DNA of 64,000 nt, taken from assembly GCF_009914755.1 (NCBI RefSeq), contig NC_060933.1; one strand, 5' to 3'. Origin of the DNA: the human T2T-CHM13v2.0 reference genome, Homo sapiens. Positions within the stretch are counted from its first letter, which is position 1. Each line of letters starts with the position of its first letter. Of this stretch, positions 13,926 through 27,559 are shown in pieces. Below the pieces are notes generated by a model. It was not told where the DNA came from. It saw nothing but the letters and a program-made list of their open reading frames with translations, and ran no database searches. Both the position numbers and the translations under genes were made by a program.

Positions 13926-14681
13926 TTATATCATCTGATCCAAATTCTAAAGTAAAAGTTTGTAATTCATCTCCATAGCAGAAAGTAATAGAGATCCTAC
14001 TAGAGCGTAGGCACCTGAACTATGCTACTTTTTAAGCCAGAAGGGCCCCAAGGGGCATACCAGCTGGCCTTGGATATAAACACGTTATGTTTTCTTCTCT
14101 CTTCTCAAAGCAAACTTAACATTAGGTTCAAAATTTCCAAGGAAAAGAAATAAAAAGGGAACTGATGTTGATATTTTGCCTTTCTTTTAAAGGTTTTAGA
14201 GGGCATATGGGACTAGTAAGTAGTTTGCATTTGATCTCTACAGTCAGTCTTATTTATTAAAATAAACTTGCCGGTTCTTATTTATTGAAATACGTTTGCC
14301 CTGACTCTCAGATGACTTACTTTCACAGATATTAGGACTGAATGATCTGAGTCTCCTGTTAAAGTACTGTAGACAAAATAAGGGTTCTTTAACCTGGCTT
14401 TCCTCAGCATTTCAGGGATTGTTAAGAGCAATTTCATTACACAAGGACATCCCAGGTGAATTTCCTGATGGTCAAAAGGAGTTCAGGGCTAGAAATTACA
14501 TCATAAGTCTGACAAAAGGCTTCACAACCACAGGGCCTGCTTCCTCAAAGTGGGCAGTCAACGGGCAAGGATGGAAAGTGCTCTGTTCTGGGTAGGCAGG
14601 GGCAGCAGCCTTCCCTTCTTAGAATCTCCAGCAAATGCAGAGCATGGGGGTAAGAAGACTGAAGGAGTGGAGGAGGATGGA

Positions 14682-14950
14682 TTCATGCACTCATTCAATA
14701 AATATTTATTTAATGCCTGCTGTAAGCCAGGTATTGTTCTAGGTGCTGTGAATCACCGCTAATTAAAGTTTCTACCACCATTAAACAAAATTCTAAACAG
14801 ACACATATTACAATGTTGGACAGCACCCAGTGCCATGGGAGAAAGGAGAGAACTAGGAAGGATAAATGGGCCAATATGACAGAATAACAAGGCTGCTTCT
14901 GAAATGTTTCCCTAAGGCCTCCTCAGAGAGCATTTCCTGGATAAGAGGAG
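14682..14950 (-). mobile_element. L2 3' fragment
   Basis: tcattcaataaatatttatttaatgcctgctgtaagccaggtattgttctaggtgctg. Confidence 0.7.
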
Positions 14951-15439
14951 CGAGAAACATCAGTATACTTTGGCATTCATATCTTGGTTCCCTATGCAGA
15001 AAAAAAGAACACCAATTTGAAATCCAGTAAAATTGACTAAAACTTGTATTATTAGGCCACCTTTAATTCCTTATGTCTCAGTTTCTTCACCTGTAAATGG
15101 CAATAATATCAGCTACTCGTCTCAAAGGATTAAGTGTAGATTACACATGGCAATGAACCAATGCTCTGTACAGTGAGCTCAGAACAGAATCAGCATGGCG
15201 TGAGCCACATCGTGACTTTCACTGGTACCTCGCAGTGTCTGCCTCCAAGTAGTTACTCAGTTCCTTTTCCCTCCTCATCTCCCTTAGAGTGAGGGCACAA
15301 GGTGGGTAAGAACTTGCACATCTGTGTTCCACAGCAGAGATGCTGGGGCTGAAAAGAGCTAAACAGTTCTTTTGGAACCAAAGTAAGAAGCAGAGTTCCG
15401 TATTATTAGCTCTTTTTTCTTTTTCCTTTCCATACCTAT

Positions 15440-15572
15440 TTCATTCATTTATTTTTGTAGAGATGGGGGTCTCGCTATGTTGCCCATGCTGGTCTCAAAC
15501 TCGCAGCCTTAAGCAATCCTGCCTCAGCCTCCTCAGTAGTTGGAATTGTAGGCATGTGCCACCGTGCCTGGC
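15440..15572 (-). mobile_element. FLAM (free left Alu monomer)
   Basis: Single monomer tttgtagagatgggggtctcgctatgttgccc...gccaccgtgcctggc; TSD-like cctttccatacctat / cctttccacacatac. Confidence 0.85.
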
Positions 15573-16013
15573 TCCTTTCCACACATACAGTTAAAACGTA
15601 TACATTAATGAAGAATTAGCAACTTTTGAAAGCATTTGATGGACCATATTATTTCTTTCAGACAATGTTTCATGGTCAAAAGAAACTTGTTTCCATAAAA
15701 AACACTGAAAAAAATGAACAGTTTTGTTAAATAGTTGTGTTTTATTCCTTCTCTCAAAAAGTATGGCTATAATGGGATTTCAGATTGATTTATATGGGTT
15801 GATAACTGCCAAAAAGTCAAATGATAAAATTTTCCAATGCAAAAATAATAACTCTAGTAAAATGAACAAAATACTCCAAACATATATTTGATGAATTGTG
15901 ACACCAGTTAAATACTGCCTGCCAGATTTTTCAAAGGTTGTTAAAAATGGGTCCCTTTAGCAATGCAGGTAAGGGAAAAGTGAGAAATTGATTTCAAATT
16001 AAATTTTTAAACT

Positions 16014-16958
16014 GCTTTTGCCACTGCTGGTGCCACTTCAGTGCTCCTTAGGTGAAGACTCGATACCTCCTTTGTGAGGTGGCAGCTGAGGAGATTCTGG
16101 CACCCACTGAGGCCAATGAAAAGCCCAACGAAGGAATGAAGACTCAGAACCACCACTGCATTACTTTGAAGGTGGATGGGCATAATACATCTGGGGTGTA
16201 GTTTAAGCTTAGGTAGTATACACCACTTAGTAAACTAATGAAAGCCTATTGTCATTGAGGCAGATCAAATTCCAATCAATAAAACAGGCACACGTGCACA
16301 GTTAAATACAAGGATGAAGATACAACTGATGTATTCCAGCAGCAGACAGGAGGCGTCTACTAACAAATGAACCTACTACTTAACTCCAGAACTCTTTTCC
16401 TACAGACTAAGAATACAATCTCAACTAGAAAACTCTAATTCGGTTTTACCACATCCTGACTACTACAGCATTCTCTGTTCTTTCATTTCCCTCTTCCCTA
16501 TTCTTTTATTGTATATAAAGTAGCTTGCGTATGTGCACAAGCATAATGCTTTTTTTTTTTAAACTAAATGGCCAATGGTATTTTTTGATGGTCATGAAAT
16601 GGAGATGAGATGGGGAAAAAGTACTGGATCTGTGAAAATGCCCCCTTTCTTCATTAGTTGCATGCTCATTCAGCTCTCATTTTTATATTCCAGTAAATTA
16701 TTTTGTTCTCAATTTTAACAATAACAACAACAAAAACCCTTGCATATCTTTGATTGGCTCACTTGGAGAATTTGAACGTTTTTCATTCATCACTGGTAAA
16801 CCAAAGCCAATTTTATAACTTTTTTGTATACAGCTGTTATATATAGGGCAATGTCTTTAAGTAGGGATAAACTACTCTAAAAAAATGAATCCTCAGTAGT
16901 GTTCCCTTCAAGTCAAGTGTCTTGTTTAAATAAACTTCTTGTTTAAAAATAAATAAAT
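16014..16958 (+). pseudogene. SUMO2: SUMO2 processed pseudogene (5'UTR, disabled CDS 16109-16363, 3'UTR, A-rich tail)
   Basis: Intronless match to SUMO2 mRNA (..EKPNEG.KT..; TPLSKLMKAYC; DEDT.DVFQQQTGGVY*). ATG replaced by gag at 16109; in-frame TAG at 16199; two 16-nt deletions and one 1-nt deletion; AATAAA at 16929; tail 16945-16958; degenerate TSD aaatttttaaact (16001) / aaattcacaaact (16959). Confidence 0.95.
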
Positions 16959-17559
16959 AAATTCACAAACTTAATCCCGCAGCTGCTTACCTACATTTGG
17001 CCAAAAATGAATCAAATTGATTTTTCTCACTCACCATTACAAAGAGGGTGTTTGTTTATCTCTGGAAAAACTACTTCTAGAAAGTCTATTTGAGAAGTGA
17101 TAAAAGTAGACAATCATTACTTTATGAGGAACAATTAATTTGTAAATGTGCTATCCAGCATATATCCAGCATATCTGCACACTTATTCTAATTTTTTCAA
17201 ATTAAATGTATTAAACCAGAAGGTGAATAAATCACATTACAAAAATTAGTGTTTCTAGACTTAACATATCTGTGGAGAAACTATGTCTGGTAAACTCCAT
17301 GCGATGTCATAGGCAGAAGGAAAACAAGAGCGGAGCATCTTTGACTCGAAACAACGAAACTACATTGCAATATCCGTTTTCACCATCCGATACAAAAATT
17401 ACAGGTCAGATTTGCCTTAGAATAACTAGATAAGTCCTAGGTACATTTTGAAAACCCTTTGTTGATTAGTATTCCAACTTTTAGCAATATCCAATATAAG
17501 TTCATGCAAATACAATCCTTTGGACCACTGAATTTAACAATGTAACACTCCTCACCCCA

Positions 17560-17790
17560 ATTCTGGAGGTCTCTTGTTCTCCTTTTTTATCCACAGTGCA
17601 TATCTTACTTTTTCTATATGTACGTGTATATATGTATATACTATGCCTAATGTTTATGGCCTGCTTCCTTCAAAAGACTTTAAGATCCACAAGGGCAGGA
17701 ATCTGTATTGTGTTCAGTGATATGTCCAGAACACTTAGAACAGCGCCTAGCACAAAGTAAGCTTTCAATAAATGTGTTGCCTGGATGAAA
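17560..17790 (+). mobile_element. L2 3' end
   Basis: taagatccacaagggcaggaatc...cagcgcctagcacaaagtaagctttcaataaatgtgttg. Confidence 0.7.
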
Positions 17791-19744
17791 CTAAATGCAT
17801 TACGCCAGGTTATTATTTAAAGCAACACAATGGGTGGGTTTTATTGGTCAGATGAGTTTTTCTCCCATTTAAAATTGTACATTTATTTTCTAATTATGAG
17901 CCTACTGCTTTCGCTGCCAGGTGCTCTTAAAGCAAGTTACACTTGTGGTAATGCAGGTAAAATAAAATAAAATAAAATAAAAGGTCATTAAACCACCATG
18001 TGGGTATGCGGGTACAGGAGAAAAGGGGTCATGCCAATGGATTTTACATCCTCATAACCAGTGATCTCCTGTTTAATAGCTCTAGGCCAACAACTTAAAA
18101 TACCAATGTACCAAAATACTTGCAGTCACACAACCTGGCCCAGAAATCAAAGCATGCCATTGCAACATTAATGCAACGAGCAGGCTTCCTGCAGGTAACA
18201 ACCTCTAACCTCAGAGCATTCATTAGGTCATAGTCACAATTTTATCTATATTTATGTTCACTTTATTTTTCTCTTTAAAGGCAAAATGCAAAACACCTAT
18301 GCTGAACACTTTCAAGTATAAATATAATTCCAAGGTACAAAGTTCTCCTTCACATGGATAGCCCTTTCTCTTTCATTTTGAGTTGATCATCAAATCATCT
18401 ATTTTTTCCAGTCTTCTTATAAGGAAACATGTACCAAAGTCTCACATATTAAAAGTGATCTTCTAATCCGGGCTCATGTCATATCCTAAGGCATATCATA
18501 TACGTTCCTGAATCCTCAGTTTCCTTATATGTTGAACAGAGCCAGTGCCATGCAGAATCGTCAAGGTTAGAGTTGCTGAACGCAAAGTCTAGGCTGTGGT
18601 TCTAGAATGTAGCACTGTGGCATAATATCTATTCAGAAAATAATCTGCATTTTACTAACTGCTTTAAGAAGCAAAATCATGAGCGCCATTTCTTCTGTTA
18701 TAATAATGTAGCCATGCCCTTGTCATCTGAGTTCTGGGGTCTTACCTGGGGGCTAAAAGGGAGCAGAAGGTAGCAAGGGAAGAGGGTGGGGTTCCTGCCC
18801 TCTTACTTCTATCCAGGTTTGGGTTAAATTAACATAAATGGTTTCTTTGATTTGGGAGAGGGAAGAGTTAACCTTCCTTCACCTGAGAAGGCAAATATGT
18901 GCCCAAGTTGATTTTCCAAATAAGACTACATGATGCCTGGAAGGGATGAACCAAATCCTTCCGCCTAGAGCCTTGACAAATGATTGCTGTATATAACTTG
19001 CCTTTAAAATGGACCATGTTGATTTCAGTAAGTTGCCTGGTGGTGACCAATGTAGATCAGAACAAACGGCACATCCCAGAATGTCAGAACTGTGTAAGGT
19101 CTCTGGAAGGCATGTAAAACTCTATGAAGATCCCCACCTCATTAGCATCGGTCATCTGTCCACTTTGGCATGTATGGGTTTAGACTCACATTTAAGTTTT
19201 GAATAATAAGAAAATATAACATCCATAAACCCAAATGTTATAGAACAAATTCATACCCATCACTCAAATGGAAGACTCACACTAATTCTATGGAGGGTTT
19301 TTCTCTTTAAGTGTGGGGAAGTAAAGTGTCCTCATTTCATTGGAGTGATATCACGGCAACTTCAGTGCTATTCTATCATGCCTTCAGGCCACAGCACATT
19401 CTAACGTCCAATCTTTGTGACAAAGCACTGGAACACAGTCACCAGCCTCCTCAACAGATGAGCTGCAACTCCCCTGCAAAGCAACTAACCAACCATTCTA
19501 AATTGAAGTCATCAAAGAAAGTTTTCTGCTTAAAATGAACTTCAAAAAGGTGAGTCACTCTTTTTCACAGTCAGCAAGTTTCCTATGGGTAGAAAGAGAG
19601 GGAATGATCACTTATGTTTCAGTGCTGAAAATATGGGCTATGTCTGTCTTGATGCCTTTTCAAAACAAAAGTATTTTAGTAACTGCAGCCACAGATATCA
19701 AAAGGCACTCCCCAGGGTCACCATCATCACCATAGAAATGGGCA

Positions 19745-19950
19745 ACCCTTAGGCGAGAATGCATTCATGTGCCACTCACTGCCCTATGCACTTTGTAAGC
19801 ATCATCTCATTTACTCCTGACCACAACCCACTGATATTATTATCCCATTTTTCCAGATAAAGAAATTCAGATTTAAAGGTGTCAACTAGGCTACTGAAGA
19901 AATAACTAGTAAATAAAAGAACTCAGGCTCCAGGAGTCAAGTTCTTCACC
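19745..19950 (-). mobile_element. MIR fragment
   Basis: catcatctcatttactcctgaccacaaccc...attatcccatttttccagataaagaaattcaga. Confidence 0.6.
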
Positions 19951-20110
19951 TCACTGGCATTCCTTTGGCATCCTAACCATACCATGTCTGGGTTTCTACG
20001 TCTCAGTCAGGCCTAGCAAATCTGAGTCCTCAATGAGCCCTCCTATCTTTTGCTGTAATAGCAAAAGTGTAATAGTGGTAGTGGTGTAATACCACTTCTG
20101 CTAGTTACAC

Positions 20111-20635
20111 TGTAATCACTAAATCTTCCATCTTAGGAGGAAAACAGAAACCACACCAGATATCTTACCAGAGAGAATTTGAGATAAGAAATTAGTTAAA
20201 TTGGTGTTGTGGAACTGAAAAAGTAAACGAAGAACACTGAGGCAATCCAGGCATCAAAACCAGAAGAAGCAACAACCACCCCTAGGGAACGTAAGGAGGA
20301 GACAGGGTAATTAGAATCTGGAAGTTTGGAGGAGGAACTCTGCAGAGCTGGGCACCAGACTTCTGAGGAGCTGCCCAGCTGGTACTGGGTGTACCAAAAT
20401 GAACTGGAGACTGAAACCAACCACTGTTGCTAGGGTGAAAACAGGAACTGCAAATATATAGGAAGGAGCAAATGCTTCTCCTCTCCTCTAGTCTCCCAGT
20501 CTTCTTCTGGTGCTCCTATAGGCAGAATCTAAGGACTTGAAGAACCAGCTTCAGGAACTCCCAGTCCAAAAACAAAGCTAAGTACAGAAGGGTGAGTTTG
20601 AAGTTGGAGACAAAGCTTAAGTACTAATTAGCACA
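20111..20635. mobile_element. Ancient LTR (LTR78/LTR79-like)
   Basis: aggaaaacagaaaccacaccagatat...accacccctagg...tcttctggtgctcctataggcagaatct. Confidence 0.45.
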
Positions 20636-20896
20636 ACTCCCATTAGGCCAGGTGTGCTGGTAAACAGAATAGACAGGGCAGGCTGAAGGAACTCATCACC
20701 AAACATCCTGTCCCCTCGATTGATGGTGAAGTGTGACCCCTAATGATTCCCACCAAAAAGACTCTTCCCATTTGATCTGGTCCCCATTGAATCACTTCAT
20801 GAGGGGAAGAAAATCAGTCTGGACTGATGCCCATAATGTGTGAATATTGTACTGAGAATTTTATCATGTGCATCCTAATATTTAATCCTTAAAAAA

Positions 20897-21150
20897 CAGT
20901 CAGTTATGCCATCATGCAGCACAGGCATTAGGAACAAATACCTTGCTATGCAAAATCACATGGTAAAAACCACAGGGCTCACAGGAAAATTGGGGCTAGG
21001 GGTCACTCATAAAGTTTTGTTAGTGACATAGAGGAACCTAATAAAAATAGCACAGTTTTACACATATTAGATGATTAAGAACTACATATATGCCACAGTA
21101 AGTATGTATGGAACTTCATGAAACTTTATCTTGAAACAGGCTCAAAGTTT
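20897..21150. mobile_element. Tigger-family (Tigger13a-like) fragment
   Basis: gctatgcaaaatcacatggtaaaaaccacagggctcacaggaaaattggggctagggg. Confidence 0.5.
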
Positions 21151-21176
21151 GCTTGTGGGAGTGGGTCGTCAGTCGG

Positions 21177-21267
21177 GCTGCACTTGAGCCTGGGTAAAAG
21201 AGCAAGATCCTGCCTTCAACCAACCAACCAACCAACCAACCAACCAACAAAACAAGAAAAGAAAAAG
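21177..21267 (+). mobile_element. Alu 3' fragment with (AACC)n tail
   Basis: ctgcacttgagcctgggtaaaagagcaagatcctgcc followed by an (aacc)n run. Confidence 0.7.
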
Positions 21268-21649
21268 GGCACACTCCTTTTCTCGGACCAGCATGCTATT
21301 TTCTCATTTAAGATATATCACTTGACAGTATGATGTTCAGGCAGCAGAACCTGAGGGCAGTTTTCAGTGCAGTTTTACCAATGACCTTTTCCAGGTGGGA
21401 GCGTAGTGCCCTGGGACGAAATGGCTGGTGATCTCAAGCTTCTTTAGGTCCGTGTTTAATGCAGAGCTGCTGAACAAAGGAATTCGTGCCTGTCTCGTAC
21501 TTTGTCATAAGTGCATTTCTAGATCTGAGTCATAGTGATCCTCAAAAGATGTTTGATAATACTTCAAACACATGGAAATACATGTCCCAACCTCTGTGGT
21601 CCAGAAATAAAACGTAATATGAATTGCTAAGTTTGTTCTTCCATCCTTT

Positions 21650-22250
21650 GCCACGGTGATCTTTCTAAGTCAGTAATGTCATTCCTATGCTTAATTTCCT
21701 TCAGTGGCTCCCTATGGCCCAAAAGATAAAATCCAAGCTCCTTAGCATGAAGGACAGACTCCTCCCAGATGTAGCACCTATTTACACATCAAGCTTCAAC
21801 TCCAGCTAAGCCCCTACCTAAGCTATGGTCCAGTCAGCTGAACTATTTGCTTTCCCACACATAATTTCAGAGTCACATAAATTTACTCACACTGACCCTT
21901 AACCTGAAATGCCCATGTCCTCTATGCCTGCCTGCTCAACACCAAGCCACCATTTCGCTCACAGCCTCCTCTGATAGAAAGTTCTTTCCAGTCTCCTTAT
22001 CTTTCCAGGCAGAATGAACCATTTTGTGGGGCCCCACTGTACCCTATGCTTGCTAACTCCTATCACAGCACTTTGCTGTACATATTTGATCGAAGGTCAA
22101 CTCCCCTTACCCCACCTTTAAAAGACAAAAAACAAAAAGCCACAAGCTATCTGAGGGTACTGGCCATGCCCCAGTAATCTTTGCATCCCTGGCACCTAGC
22201 TCATTGCCTGGTAACTAAATGTGTCATCAATGTTTACAGAATGAAGCAAT
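21650..22250 (+). mobile_element. L2 fragment
   Basis: ccttcagtggctccc...ataaaatccaagctccttagcatg...atctttgcatccctggcacctagctcattgcctgg. Confidence 0.7.
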
Positions 22251-22720
22251 GGCTACATTATCATAACAGGAAAAGAGTGCAGTAATATAGATCAAGCTGT
22301 ACCTTTTTTTTTCTCCATCTGAAATCTAGAAAAGACCCTCAGCGCCACTAAATACGTTTCAATATAGACAAAAAACCTACTGAATTGGTAAAGGCAAGGT
22401 GATTACCAAATGTATCAAGTGATTTTGCCAAGATGAAGATGGCTTGGGAACACCAAGGTGGAAGATTCTCAAGCACAAGAAACTCACTGGTACTTTGCCT
22501 TAAAAGCATATTGAATTAAATACAGGTAGTACCAAAGAAGTGGAAATTATACTACAGAAAATACTCCTTCTGGATGAATGATTAAGTGAGGTATCTGGAT
22601 AAGAAGCTATGGAGAAAGACTGCTGCTGGTAATAAACACTTTTTTACAGAATCTGAGGATTAAGAAAACTCTTGCCCTGTAGTGTGAGTTTGACAAATGC
22701 TGTTTAAATAAAAGCAACTA

Positions 22721-23018
22721 GGCTGAGTGCAGCGGCTCATGCCTGTAATCCCTGCACTTCGGGAGTCTGAGGTGGATGGATCACCTGAGAACGAGAGTTG
22801 GAAACCAGCCTGGCTAACATGGCGAAATCCCGTCTCTACTAAAAATATAAAAACTAACTGGGTATGGTGGCACATGCCTGTAATCCTAGCTACTAGGGAG
22901 GCTGAGGCAGGAGAATTGCTTGTACCTGGGAGGTGTGGGAGGTGGATGTTGCAATGAGCCAAGATCACGCCACTGCACTCCAGCGTGGGTGATGATGGAG
23001 TGAGACTCTGCCTCAAAA

Positions 23019-23065
<47 letters not shown>

Positions 23066-23070
23066 AATAA
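22721..23070 (+). mobile_element. AluS element with (TAAA)n tail
   Basis: Dimeric Alu; TSD aataaaagcaacta / aataaagcagcta. Confidence 0.97.
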
Positions 23071-23540
23071 AATAAAGCAGCTAGTCATGCTGTCCCACAT
23101 TAAGGCCAACTTAATCAAAATACCATAAAAAGCGTGCAGATACCAGATATGACACTATAACTAACATGGATTGCTTACCTAGAGTTTCTGGATCTACATT
23201 CTTCAAGTGGTCTCTTCTATTCCAAACTGACTCACTCTTTCTGGGCAGCAGTGGCATGAATCATTAATCATGTAACAGTGTATACAGTCCCAAGGTATAT
23301 TAGGCATGATCCTCTCGAAAACACACATTCTAAAAAATCTTTCCAACAAAAGCCTACTTTCCCTGCCATTTGGGTAGGGCATTTCTTATCACAAAATAGT
23401 GAATTCTGAGAATCATTTTCTGACAGCTCAATAACTAAAATGATACATGCAAATGTAAAGGCAGGTCATACTTGTCCTCCTTAGGAAAAATGGACACACG
23501 GAAGCTCTAAGCCTGTTTTACCAATTGCCTAAGGAAGACT

Positions 23541-23599
23541 CCCACAGTACATCTCACAGTCACTTCAAATCCCACAGTACATCTCACAGTCACTTCAAA
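23541..23599. repeat. Tandem duplication with period 30
   Basis: cccacagtacatctcacagtcacttcaaa at 23541 and 23571. Confidence 0.97.
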
Positions 23600-23845
23600 C
23601 TCCTTATGCCCCAAACACCCTTCTTTTTCCCACAAACGTGCTGTCCTGGCCAATGGTACATTTTCCTACAATGGTATGATCAGCAGCCTGGTTACATTTA
23701 CCAGTTAAAATCCTCAAATCATTCTTCATTCCTATTTCTCTCCTCTATCACCAAATCTCATCATTTCTTTCTTTAAAAACTTGGTGACACACCAAAAAGA
23801 TCTCAGCCTTTGCTTGACTATGTTTTAGAACCACAGCATACATTA

Positions 23846-24252
23846 GGTAGTCAGCTATTCTCCAAAATTCATGCCCCCTTTCTATAATGTAGAGTTGTTG
23901 CCAGGAAGTGACTGCCTACTCTGAAGTTCTATTTACCCTACTTGCAATAAGGTGTGCTAGTGAATGTTAGGCCACAGAATGTGAGCAGAGATGATGTGTG
24001 CCACTTTCAGGCCAGGCCCATGAAAAACTTCCTCATAGAGCCCCTATATGCTTCTCCCTTCTCTGCTGGCCGTGATGAAATTTGGGGTCTTAAGTGATGG
24101 TGGAGCCACGAAAGGAAGCCGCTTGGATTCTGGATCACCATGTGAAGTAAAGTATCCTCTGTCCAGCAGCACCCACGTTTCACTGATATGTGAAGACATA
24201 AATTTCACGTACTAATTCACTAAAATATTGAAGTGTGCTTTTTTACAGCACC
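23846..24252 (+). mobile_element. MLT1 (MLT1J-like) MaLR LTR
   Basis: gaatgtgagcagagatgatgtgtgccactttcaggccaggc...gatggtggagccac...ttttacagcac. Confidence 0.7.
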
Positions 24253-24409
24253 AAAAAATCAGGACAACTAGAAATATTTAAGGTTTCAGTTAAAACCATC
24301 TCCATGAGCATGATACTGAGGGCTATGGAATTGCCCTTGACCACAGGAATCTAACCCCTTAAGAGTATTCTACTGCTTTTTGAAAAAAATTGTAACCATT
24401 ATATTGATT

Positions 24410-24700
24410 AAAAATAGCCACAATTTACTCACCTTTCCCTATGTGCCAGGCAGGGATCTTACTGTGTGTTGTATGGATTTTTAAAAATCATATATATATA
24501 TATATGATTAATGATTGATGCCCCTATATATATATATGATTAATGACTGATGCCACTATATATATATATATATGGTACACATTGCTACTATGTCTCATTT
24601 TGTAAAGGGGAAAGCTTAGAGGTAAAAGGTGAAAGCCTAGGTTACACAGTTAGAAAGTTACACAGCCAAAGCTCAAGCTCCTCTGTCTTTCTCCAGAGCT
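24410..24700 (-). mobile_element. MIR interrupted by a duplicated (TA)n-gattaatga(t/c)tgatgcc unit (24490-24572)
   Basis: MIR motifs on both sides; the unit is repeated twice. Confidence 0.6.
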
Positions 24701-25699
24701 CACGCCCCACCCCTTGTTACCCTGCCTTCTCTAAGGAAGAAAGGTAAGCAAGATAAGAATGTGGTGTGATGGCTCTTGCTCCAGTTACCACATGAAACTG
24801 CATTTTACAATATAAATGTAAATTTATTTTCTGCCATACAGAAGAGGCAACTTGGTATTTTAGGTAACAACACTGAAGAGTTGTATAAGTCTAGCTTCAG
24901 GGTTTCCCAGCCCAATGGAGGCAGCTGGATAACCAAGATGCTTTTCTGATGCTCACCTCTGCCTTCCCCATTCCCCAAGTGCAGCATTCTTCCCTTCACC
25001 CCATGAGGACCTCACGTGGATGCCTCACATGTTACATCTGACCATCTATGACCATCTCTTCATTCAACCACCCATTTCCAAATCCAGATTTCGGAGTTAG
25101 CTTTTATAATAGCAGTCCCTCTCTGGAGTGTGGACTAAATATCATTAAATTAACCATTTCATCATCATCGATTTTCTCCCTCTCTTCAACAAAATCCAGA
25201 TGACAGTTAGCTTGTATTGTGCTTTCTAACTATCGTGAGAAATGTTTCAGATCCCAAAATAAATCTACCATAATGTTTTTTGAAAATTAATTCATCTTTC
25301 CATAAACTGCCTTGTTTATGACTGATCATTTTCCAAATTACATGCTGATGGGACACCTATTAGTCACGGACTACAACTTGTCTGACCAACTGTTCCTGAC
25401 AAAGCATTTCCCAGCAGACAACAGGGGAGCCAATTTGTGAAACGGTAACCAGAGATGGTGGAGGTCACCTCACAGAGAGCACTGACCTCTTAACCCAAGA
25501 AGCTCTGCTCAGGTATTTTATGTGCCAACCTTGGCACAGAATGTAATTTGTTGGGTTAAAATGAAGACAAAGACAAATTACGCACTTCTATGAGAGTGCT
25601 GAATTTTTTTTTCTATTGCTATGGTAACACTACTCCATTGTAGGAGACGGAAAAGAAAGAGTGGGCCTTAACAAATAAGCTATAAAATCTGTCAATGAT

Positions 25700-26160
25700 G
25701 TATCAAAAAGGACTTTTAAAAGATACTCCTTTCAATTATTTCACTGCTAGAAATTTATCCAAGAGCAATAGTCTGTTAAATGTGCAAAATATGTACATAT
25801 CGGATGCTTATAACATTTTATTAAAGATACATGTCCAACAATTAAATTATGGTGTATTCATACAGTGGAATTCCAGAGGACAGGTATGAGTTAGGATGTA
25901 GATGAAGACTTATTGATGTGGATGCATGTTCATCATGTGCCATTAAGTCAGTATGTGAGTTACAGGATAGTACATATCATTTGATTCTGTTATAAACATT
26001 ACCCAGGGAAAAATGTCTGAAGATATTTACATCAACATACTAATAGCAGGAGTTATTTCTAGTGAGAGAAATTTTGGGGGTGATTGGAAGTACTTGCCAT
26101 GTGCTTTTCTGTATTTTCTATGATGATTTTTCATATCTGTGTAATATAAATAGAAAAAAT
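25700..26160 (+). mobile_element. Old L1M 3' fragment
   Basis: ttaaattatggtgtattcatacagtggaat...ttgccatgtgcttttctgtattttct. Confidence 0.5.
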
Positions 26161-26165
26161 GCAAC

Positions 26166-26590
26166 TGTGGCTGATTACACTATTTATTCAAAAATATCCA
26201 CTGCCCCTTCTTAGTGACCCTTTCCTGGTGCCTCTTTTTATGGGAGGAGTATAATTTTTGTCCCCATAGACATCAGGCTTAATGATGTGACGTACTTTGA
26301 CTCATGAAATAAAAATAAAATATGAGCGAAAGGGACACGTACAACTCCCAACAAAAACCTTGAGACTTATCATGTGCTTCCATCAATTTTTTTTTTTCCT
26401 CCACCCTGAGACAGGCATGCTCTGGATAGGAGATGCTTCTTGAGCCTGGACAGCAAAAAGATGTGAAGCAGATTCGAGCTAACCTGCCGTAGCCAAAATA
26501 CAGGTAAGAAAGTTATCTTGCGTTGCCATAAGCCACTGAGATATGGGGCTGTTTGTTACCATGGGATAACACATTCTAAGCTGACTAATA
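26166..26590 (+). mobile_element. MLT1 (H/I-like) LTR
   Basis: ccccatagacatcaggcttaatgatgtgac...agccactgagatatggggctgtttgttacc...gctgactaata. Confidence 0.7.
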
Positions 26591-26974
26591 AAGCAAATCT
26601 ACCACCACCCCCCACACGACCAAACTAGGATTTAAATAATTATAACAGTCCCTCAGTTATTTCCAATTAGTGCTGGTGTTCCATATTAACTTCAGACCTC
26701 TCTGCTACCAATATTTTTTAACTGGTATTTATGGGAGAGTTCATTGCTCCCAGCCTCCCCTGCTTTCTTTCTGCCTGCCCACATCATCTCAGAGTCACAG
26801 TGATTATTCCTTTGCCTTTCATGACTGTTTCTTTTAGGCCTTCCTATTCTCCCTGTAGTCCATGGACGACTGCTCATTCCATGTCTGCATATGGTGGCTA
26901 TGGCCAATGATATTACCCTTCAACCCTCTTTTTAATATTTACTTATCTTTAAAATGTTATTTTTAATATATGCT

Positions 26975-27195
26975 TTTTAAAATTTAATTTTTAATTAACA
27001 AATAATTGTATTTATGTATACATAAACTATATGTATGTATTATATGGGTACACTGTGATGTCTTGATACATGTTTACATTATAGAATGATTAAATCAAAC
27101 TAATTAATAAATCCATCACCTCACACACTTATTTTTTGTGCTAAAATATTTAAGACCTACTCTTTTTCAGCAATTTTGAAATTTACGATTATTTA
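26975..27195 (-). mobile_element. L1MA 3' end
   Basis: gggtacactgtgatgtcttgatacatg...atccatcacctcacacactta...tcagcaattttgaaat. Confidence 0.75.
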
Positions 27196-27559
27196 AGTCA
27201 CAAATCAATCTTCTTTATACATCGTTGTGGGATTCATGTTCCTTAAAGACTATTCTCCAATTTACCACCACTGGTTTCAAGCTCCCCAGCCCGTTAGCCT
27301 AGAATTCAGGAACTGCTTAATTCTTCAAGCTCACTACCCTCATAACACAAACTCTCAGCACCAGCCAAACTGTTTCATTCATTATTTCCTCCGCATACCT
27401 CACATTCCCAGAATTGAGGCTATCAAGATGATGGCAGTAGCCTGAACCCTCCGGAGAATGGTTAAACTGGTGGTAGAAGGAATCATTCAATGAGTGACTG
27501 ACATACTGCAATACAGGTAGCACAGCCCTGAGGTACAAGCTGCAAAGTAGACAGGCTGA

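Noticed and set aside
22660-23118. 152-aa ORF and other Alu-overlapping ORFs (903, 30237, 34202, 34421, 41162)
   Set aside because: Translations of Alu sequence and tail microsatellite
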